Source of the DNA: Candidatus Latescibacterota bacterium
GTDB lineage: Bacteria; Latescibacterota; UBA2968; UBA8231
Direction of reading: 5' to 3'
Assembly (NCBI GenBank): GCA_036011085.1
Contig: DASCMS010000088.1
Span: 1,855 to 65,854 of the forward strand
Length of the DNA: 64,000 nucleotides
Part shown: positions 58,608 to 64,000 of the stretch, piece after piece
Numbering within the stretch: the first letter of the stretch is position 1
Layout: each line of letters starts with the position of its first letter
The notes under the pieces: generated by a model
What the model was told of the DNA's origin: nothing
What the model saw: only the letters and a program-made list of their open reading frames with translations
Databases searched by the model: none
Program-made: the position numbers and the translations under genes

Positions 58608-59512
58608 CAGAAGGCGAGCACGGCGCTGCGCCCCTTGCGACGCGGCCGGTCGGTGAGGGGCAACGCCTCGATGCGAAAGTTGTGCAGATCGCCTGACAGC
58701 AGGGCGAGCGATTCTCGCCCGCCGGCAGGCTTGCCACTGCGGGCAGCCGACCGCAGGCAGGACGTCTTCGGCAGGGCCAGCTGGCGCGCCAGGAACCAGC
58801 CCTGCTCGCGGCAACGGGCCGAGTACGCCGCGTAGCTGATGGCGAAATCGGGAACACTTGCCCCCGGTGGCCATACCGGTTGCTGCTGACGGCGTCGCCA
58901 GCGGCTGGGGCGATCCTGCTCGACGAGAGCCACCGCACAGGCCGGCGCCTCCTCGCTGTCGACCATGCGCAGAGCCACCGCTTCCATGCCGGCGTGGTAC
59001 CGGCGACACAGCTCGGCAACTCGATCACCGCCAAACCCGTCTCTCGACAGATCCGCGCGGAAGTGGTCCTCGGGGATCAGCATCTCCAGCGCCGCTGCGT
59101 CGCACAACCGCTCGAGGCGTCCCTCGGGCTCCAGCAGGGGCGATCCCGGACCTGGAGGCAACGGTCCGCTGCCGAATCCGGGAAACAGCGTGTGGGCGAT
59201 CTCGTGAAACAGCGAGAATCGGGTACGCGCCTCATCCTTCTGCCGACGGTAGAGGATGACGGGTGCGCCGGCGCGCACGCAGATCATGGCGCCGCGGAAG
59301 GACTCCTGCTGTACTTCGATGCAACGTATACCCAGAGCCTGGGCGATGAGCCAGGGATCGTACGGAGGCGGCGCCCAGGTTGGATCGATGGCGCGCAGCA
59401 CACCTTCGGCTTCGGCGAGGAGTTTGCGGGCGCGCAGACGAACGTCGCGGATGCCCTCATCGGCCGGCACCGGCGCCGGAGTGACACGACGGCCCGTACT
59501 CTTGTCAGGCAC
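58595..59512 (-). CDS. ImmA/IrrE-family zinc metallopeptidase (COG2856) with extra C-terminal domain
   Basis: 305 aa with HEXXH as FSLFHEIAHTLFPG, followed by about 170 further residues. Its start overlaps the XRE gene stop by 8 nt. Confidence 0.8.
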   Translation of the reverse strand: MPDKSTGRRVTPAPVPADEGIRDVRLRARKLLAEAEGVLRAIDPTWAPPPYDPWLIAQALGIRCIEVQQESFRGAMICVRAGAPVILYRRQKDEARTRFSLFHEIAHTLFPGFGSGPLPPGPGSPLLEPEGRLERLCDAAALEMLIPEDHFRADLSRDGFGGDRVAELCRRYHAGMEAVALRMVDSEEAPACAVALVEQDRPSRWRRRQQQPVWPPGASVPDFAISYAAYSARCREQGWFLARQLALPKTSCLRSAARSGKPAGGRESLALLSGDLHNFRIEALPLTDRPRRKGRSAVLAFCYPE

Positions 59513-59921
59513 CGTCGTGGGGCCCCGTCATCTCGCGCAGTACGCCATAGACCACCGCCCACTGTTCCTTCGTCTCCGGGCGTCCGCCCTTCAGCTGCAC
59601 GAAGGACAGTGACTCGACCTCTTCGGGTTCGAGGGACTGCCCCTGACGCTTGCGCTCGTTGATGAAGGCTCGCAGTCCGTCGTTGATCTCCGGCTCGATC
59701 CAGGCGTTGCCATCAGCTTCGGGTGCCTTGCCCATCAGGTGAGCGATCGTCACCCCGAGCTCCTCTGAGATCTTGTAGAGCGTCTCCGCCCCGGGGCGCT
59801 TGCTGTTGCCCGACTCGATCTCCCAGAGGAAAGCCTTGGAGACGCCGGCCCTCGCCGCCAGATCGGGCAGCGTAAGACTGCGTAACTCTCGGTATTTTTT
59901 GATGTTATCGCCTATTTCCAT
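59505..59921 (-). CDS. XRE-family HTH repressor with DdrO-like C-terminal domain
   Basis: HTH IKKYRELRSLTLPDLAARAGVSKAFLWEIESGNSKRPGAETLYKISEELGVTIAHL. The C-terminal GLRAFI...LSFVQLKGGRPETKEQWAVVYGVL resembles the DdrO C-terminus as I recall it. Confidence 0.8.
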   Translation of the reverse strand: MEIGDNIKKYRELRSLTLPDLAARAGVSKAFLWEIESGNSKRPGAETLYKISEELGVTIAHLMGKAPEADGNAWIEPEINDGLRAFINERKRQGQSLEPEEVESLSFVQLKGGRPETKEQWAVVYGVLREMTGPHDGA

Positions 59922-59995
59922 AGATCTCTCCAGGGCTCTTCCTTTGTCGGCAAGGTAGCTGCCAGTTCATACGTTGGCAAACTGTTTCTTTCCGA

Positions 59996-60013
59996 GGTTC
60001 GCAATTGAGAACC
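59996..60013. promoter_or_regulatory. Operator-like inverted repeat 1
   Basis: GGTTCGCAATTGAGAACC (arms GGTTC/GAACC) in the divergent intergenic region. It shares GGTTCGCAA with site 2. Confidence 0.45.
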
Positions 60014-60053
60014 TTGCATATGTCCCATCGATTACTTACCGTGATCATTGTCT

Positions 60054-60071
60054 GGTTCGCAAACGCGAACC
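60054..60071. promoter_or_regulatory. Operator-like inverted repeat 2
   Basis: GGTTCGC-AAAC-GCGAACC, with perfect 7-bp arms. It lies 38 nt upstream of the GTG at 60109. Confidence 0.5.
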
Positions 60072-60108
60072 AGAACTTTCTCACACTTCTTCAGCGCGGA
60101 GGTAGGCC

Positions 60109-60297
60109 GTGATCCGGATCGAGCGACAGCGCGTCGAGCGCGCCGCCCGGATGTACCCGTCCACGAAGGACGCCAGCCAGGCCCTGGGCATCGCCCCGGG
60201 CAGTTTCAGCCGGTTGTGCCGGCAGTACGAGATCGAGACGCCTAGATCTCGCCGACGTCGCAGACGCCACGAAGCACGCGGCATCTGCACAGACTGA
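60109..60297 (+). CDS. Small basic protein with Fis-like HTH
   Basis: 62 aa, GTG start with a GGAGG RBS 7 nt upstream. STKDASQALGIAPGSFSRLCRQYEIE resembles the Fis-type HTH (AA..LGI.R.TL.RKL..Y.I). Arg-rich tail. Confidence 0.45.
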   Translation: MIRIERQRVERAARMYPSTKDASQALGIAPGSFSRLCRQYEIETPRSRRRRRRHEARGICTD

Positions 60298-60354
60298 CCT
60301 CCGTCCCGTCGCGTCACCGACCGACACTCGGCGACGCGGCGGGGCCATCGCCTG

Positions 60355-61164
60355 TCAGTGGTAGCTGTGGAAACCGGTGGCGTAACTTGCCAGCACCGCG
60401 TCGGCATCGTGGTCGCTGCCTGGCTTATGGATCACCTCTACTGAGAAGTAACCGTCGAAGCCGTCACCCTCCAGCAGTTGCAGCGGCGTCTTGTGGTCGA
60501 TGACGCCGTCGCCCAGTGTGGCACTCACCTGCATGTTCCCGTTCACGTAGTTGCCGTCGTGGGCGTGCACGTGGCGGGTCAGCCCGCCCAGGGCCTGGAA
60601 CGACTCCTGCGGAGTCTCCATCATGCGCTGTGAGTGCATGAAGTCCCACAGCACCCGCAGGTTGGGGTGATCGACCGCTTCCACCACGGCGCGCACCGGC
60701 GCTGAGCAGCACCAGTCGTCGTGGGTTTCCATGAGCACGGTCACGCCGGCGGCCGCCGCGTCAGCAACGACCTGACGGTAGCCGTCGGCTGTGTAGTCCA
60801 CCACCATCGCCCAGGGGGCCGCGGCATCCCGCTGGCCACCGAAGGTGCGGATCAGATCGCAGCCAAGGTCCGTCGCCAGCTCGAGATAACGCCGCAGATC
60901 CTCCACGTGGCCGGCTCGATCGGCGACCTCCGGCGTCGCCATCTTCACGCTCGTGGCAAGGCAGCAGATCGACAGCCCTTCATCTGCGAAGCGGCGGCGC
61001 ACCTCACCCCGGCCCGCCGCTGTCAGGTCCTTTTCGATGCCGCTGGCATGGCCCCACTCGACCCGCGGCTCCAGGCCCTGATAACCGTGGCGCTGCATCC
61101 CGGCCACGACCTCGTCCAGTGTCCAATCCGGACACACACTCGTCATCGTTGCCAGCTTCGTCAT
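60355..61164 (-). CDS. Sugar phosphate isomerase/epimerase (xylose-isomerase-like TIM barrel)
   Basis: 269 aa. YQGLEPRVEW, CDLIRTFGG, VTVLMETHDDW, HVHAHDG and YFSVEV blocks typical of AP_endonuc_2/TIM family. Confidence 0.8.
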   Translation of the reverse strand: MTKLATMTSVCPDWTLDEVVAGMQRHGYQGLEPRVEWGHASGIEKDLTAAGRGEVRRRFADEGLSICCLATSVKMATPEVADRAGHVEDLRRYLELATDLGCDLIRTFGGQRDAAAPWAMVVDYTADGYRQVVADAAAAGVTVLMETHDDWCCSAPVRAVVEAVDHPNLRVLWDFMHSQRMMETPQESFQALGGLTRHVHAHDGNYVNGNMQVSATLGDGVIDHKTPLQLLEGDGFDGYFSVEVIHKPGSDHDADAVLASYATGFHSYH

Positions 61165-61243
61165 CCTCTCCAGCTCCCTTCGTGTGTCAGCCTGTGGAAC
61201 ACGTCGTTATTGGTTCATTGTAAGAAGCCCGTCTATCTTCCGC

Positions 61244-63499
61244 ATGAGTGCCGCTGACCGCAAGGAGACCGAATTGCCCGACCCACCGGTGCGCCCCTAC
61301 CCACAGCACTACACCCCCGGTGATCTGGCCTTCCAATTCGACATCGGCTTCGAGCCGGCGGGCGGGGGCGCCTTCGTCCAACTGCCTCACGACTCTCCCG
61401 TTGCCGGCACGAGGGGCACATGGGTCCTCACCGTGCGCAACGATCACGGTGATCTGCGAGCGGGAGCGGTTCTCAGTTTCACTCGCTTCGACTGCCAGTT
61501 CGCTGTCCTGTTCCAGACCGATCGGCCAGACCGGCGGGATCACGCCACCCTTGAGACGGCCAGCAGCGCCGGTCTGAGACTGCTGATCGGCCGTGAGTCG
61601 GTCGGTCTGTGCAGTGTCACCGTCGACAGCGGCGTCTTCGCTCGCGGGGACCGTCTCACCGTCCGCCTCGGTGATACGACGGGTGGCGGCAGTGGCTCGG
61701 AGGTGTTCTGGTCCGCCACGGCGGCGCAGCTCCTGCTGGCGGTGGACGAGACCGGTGATGGCAGCTTTGTCGGGGCGGGTCCACCCCTGGACTTCCGCGT
61801 AGTCAACGACCCGCAGCCTCGACTGCTCCGTTTCCTCGGCCCCAGCGTCGCCGCCGTGGGTGAGGTCTTCGACCTGCATGTCGGCGTGTTCGATCTCAAC
61901 GGCAATCCCTGCGAGGACTTCGCCGGCACTGTCGAATTCGAAGCCGATGGTGACATCGAAGGTTTGCCCTCGCGTGTCGAACTGAGCGGTGCCGACAGCG
62001 GTCTGATCATCGTCGAGGGTGTCCGTTTGCTGAGCCCGGGCGTGTTTCGTCTGGCCGGCGCCTGCGGGGCGTTGACAGCGACGACGAACCCGATCCTGGT
62101 AGAGGCAGAACCGCGGCGGCGGGTATACTGGGGTGACGTGCACGCTCACGGCTGGGGTGACTCGACGATGCACCTGATGCACCTGCGCTCCGAGCGCCTC
62201 GACCCCTCGGAGAGACATGCCCAGGCGCGGCGGCTGGGCCGCTTCGATTTCTGCTGCCCCGCTTCGATGTCGATGGACCCGTCACTGCGGGACGAGATCT
62301 TCGGCGCCTACCGCGACGCCTGCGCCGAACACGACGAGCCGGGACGGTACGTCCCTTTCCTGGCCTACGAGGCACACCCGAAGGGAGGCGACCGGCAGGT
62401 CATCTTCCGCGAATACGATGAGGAGCCGGCGCCGCCACCGATGCGGGATCCCATCGAGTCGCTGCACGAACGGTACGGTGAGCGGGATGATGTTCTGCTC
62501 CAGGTCCACATCGGCGGCGATCCGCCTCACTGGGATCTGTACCGACCGGCGCGTGAACGTTTTCTGGAGGTCTGCTCCGGCTTCGGTTGTGCCGAATGGC
62601 TGCTCCAGGAGGCCCTGCAACTGGGGTACGAACCGGGTGTCTGTGCCGCCTCCGATCTGCACCTCGGCTGGATGGGCGGACCCCGTTCGGTGGAGACCTT
62701 CCGTGGTCGCTTCGGGCAGAAGTACCCGATGCGGCAGCGCGACAGCGCCTACGGCACGGGACCCCTCACGGCCATCGAGGCCCCCGAGCTGACCCGGGAG
62801 TCGTTGTGGGCTGCCATCGAAGCACGGCACACGGCGGGCACCAGCGGCGCCCGCATGATCCTCAAGTTGCATCTCGGCGAGGCACATGCCGGCGATCGGG
62901 TGACCATACACCCTGGCGACAGGGTTGATCTGCGTCTTGCCGTTCACGCCTGTGCCCCCCTGTCCCGGGTGGACGTCATCGCTGGCGTCCACCGGCTGCA
63001 CTGCTGCGACCCGGGCGGCGCTCTGGACTGGAGTGCTGAGCTGGCCCTGTCCGCGGCACAGATCCCCGGCCACTGGATCTACCTGCGTGTCGAACAAGCC
63101 GACGGTGAGTGGGGCTGGACGAGTCCCCTCTATCTCGATCGAGCTGACGAGCCGGCCGACGGCAGCGACATGCCTGCGTGGAACGCCTGTGCCCTCGAGG
63201 CCGGCGCCTCCGAAGTGAGCGGCGACGCCAGCTCCCACCTCGACGACCTGCTCGCCTATCTGGAACGGGAAGAGGAACCCGAGCGCTTCACCGAGTTGAC
63301 GCCGGCGGGGATCCTGCACCTGGCGGTGGGCACCTGCGCCCTGTTCCGCTGTCTCTGGGGAGCTGAACGCCTGCCGATGACGATCCGCTGGTTCTTTGAG
63401 TTCGAGATCCCCAAGGTCCGCTTCGACTTCGGTTGGCGCGACTACGGCGCCATGCCCGAGAACCAGCTGGGACCACAGTTGATGGAGCGCTATCGGTGA
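61244..63499 (+). CDS. PHP/DUF3604-like metal-dependent hydrolase with about 300-aa N-terminal beta-rich extension
   Basis: ORF trimmed to the ATG at 61244. RRVYWGDVHAHGWGDS resembles the DUF3604/PHP YFGDLHVHT motif. No other family recognised. Confidence 0.45.
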   Translation: MSAADRKETELPDPPVRPYPQHYTPGDLAFQFDIGFEPAGGGAFVQLPHDSPVAGTRGTWVLTVRNDHGDLRAGAVLSFTRFDCQFAVLFQTDRPDRRDHATLETASSAGLRLLIGRESVGLCSVTVDSGVFARGDRLTVRLGDTTGGGSGSEVFWSATAAQLLLAVDETGDGSFVGAGPPLDFRVVNDPQPRLLRFLGPSVAAVGEVFDLHVGVFDLNGNPCEDFAGTVEFEADGDIEGLPSRVELSGADSGLIIVEGVRLLSPGVFRLAGACGALTATTNPILVEAEPRRRVYWGDVHAHGWGDSTMHLMHLRSERLDPSERHAQARRLGRFDFCCPASMSMDPSLRDEIFGAYRDACAEHDEPGRYVPFLAYEAHPKGGDRQVIFREYDEEPAPPPMRDPIESLHERYGERDDVLLQVHIGGDPPHWDLYRPARERFLEVCSGFGCAEWLLQEALQLGYEPGVCAASDLHLGWMGGPRSVETFRGRFGQKYPMRQRDSAYGTGPLTAIEAPELTRESLWAAIEARHTAGTSGARMILKLHLGEAHAGDRVTIHPGDRVDLRLAVHACAPLSRVDVIAGVHRLHCCDPGGALDWSAELALSAAQIPGHWIYLRVEQADGEWGWTSPLYLDRADEPADGSDMPAWNACALEAGASEVSGDASSHLDDLLAYLEREEEPERFTELTPAGILHLAVGTCALFRCLWGAERLPMTIRWFFEFEIPKVRFDFGWRDYGAMPENQLGPQLMERYR

Positions 63500-64000
63500 G
63501 TCGAGGACGAAGCTCTCTGCTGTTGTTGCTCTTGGCTCTGCTGGTGGCGCCTCCTCTGGCGCAGGCCGACGACGGCGCCGAACCGGCCCGAACGGAAACA
63601 GTCCGTCACCGGTCGGTCTGGGAATCCGTGGCGGCCCTCCCCGGGCAATTGCTCTTTCTGCCCGTTCGGGTGGTCCTCGGAGGCGGCAAGTTCATCGCCT
63701 ACAGCGTCTGGGAAATGCACCTGCTCGACCGGGCCGCCGCCGCGTTAACCACCAGCGACGGCCGCACCGGCCTGCGTCCCCTGTCGAACACGAACCTGGG
63801 AACAGGCGTGCGGGTCTTCCACCGACCGTCACCCTATCAACTGGAGCTGCTGTCCACTTTCGGGCGCGATCCGGAAAACCGCCGGCACCACATGGCCCGC
63901 GTGGATCGCATGACCACCGACGGACGCCTGTCGTTGCGTGCTCATCTACGTTACGAGCCTGACGAGAACTTCTACGGTGTCGGTATGGACAGTCCCCGCG
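63496..64000 (+). CDS. Secreted/outer-membrane protein (Omp85/BamA-family-like?), partial; continues past the window
   Basis: Hand translation from the GTG at 63496 (GTGA overlap with the upstream stop): VSRGRSSLLLLLLALLVAPPLAQADD... is a signal peptide. Later YEPDENFYGVGMDSP resembles surface-antigen-type OMPs. Absent from the ORF track because there is no stop in the window. Confidence 0.35.
   Translation, partial: MSRGRSSLLLLLLALLVAPPLAQADDGAEPARTETVRHRSVWESVAALPGQLLFLPVRVVLGGGKFIAYSVWEMHLLDRAAAALTTSDGRTGLRPLSNTNLGTGVRVFHRPSPYQLELLSTFGRDPENRRHHMARVDRMTTDGRLSLRAHLRYEPDENFYGVGMDSPR

Noticed and set aside
58595-60297. XRE plus ImmA/IrrE pair as evidence of a prophage or other mobile element
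   Set aside because: No integrase, transposase, att-like repeats or phage structural genes are visible on either side. The flanks are ordinary metabolic genes. I kept it as a regulatory-module finding instead.
61195-61213. TGGAAC-N5-GTTAT upstream of the PHP-like gene, considered as a sigma-54 promoter
   Set aside because: There is no GC dinucleotide at the -12 element, so the match to TGGCAC-N5-TTGCW is poor.

Overview
Visibly GC-rich (not computed), densely coding bacterial chromosomal window. I recognised no rRNA, tRNA, CRISPR array, transposase or integrase. Many long ORFs in the track are antisense or alternate-frame shadows typical of GC-rich DNA, and several true genes needed their starts trimmed.

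Left part (1-25294): one co-directional minus-strand respiratory supercluster. It runs Na+-NQR (nqrABCDEF plus nqrM), then an 11-gene complex-I-like operon, then a canonical F-type ATP synthase operon (atpZ-like, atpI-like, atpBEFHAGDC), then a polyprenyl diphosphate synthase.

Main finding: the complex-I-like operon keeps the order A-like, C/D fusion, E, F, G, H, J, K, L, M, N, but has no NuoB and no NuoI. By eye, many catalytic motifs are eroded, yet all frames are open and every junction overlaps by 1-10 nt. The last gene's stop overlaps the first gene of the atp operon.

Right part (25.6-64 kb), in order:
- TonB-dependent receptor behind a long leader, an AlkA-like glycosylase with no canonical start codon, and a Na+:alanine symporter.
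- Envelope proteins (LysM plus GH-like, DUF4159).
- Pyruvate dehydrogenase complex (aceE, E2, lpdA).
- Slt-type lytic transglycosylase, DUF368, and mutY.
- Tandem DmpA-type peptidases with PhyH, a TtuC-like dehydrogenase and an enolase-superfamily gene.
- A sigma-54 enhancer-binding response regulator, followed by a perfect palindrome and a consensus sigma-54 promoter driving a CheY-like gene and a FapA/DUF342-like gene.
- rsmD, a second enolase-superfamily gene coupled to a eukaryote-type hisA, a divergent NRAMP, a FAD oxidoreductase and an SDR.
- An IrrE/DdrO-like protease-repressor pair with two operator-like palindromes and a divergent small HTH gene.
- A sugar-phosphate isomerase, a PHP/DUF3604-like protein and a partial outer-membrane protein.

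All family calls rest on by-eye motif recognition and hand translation. No database search was run.
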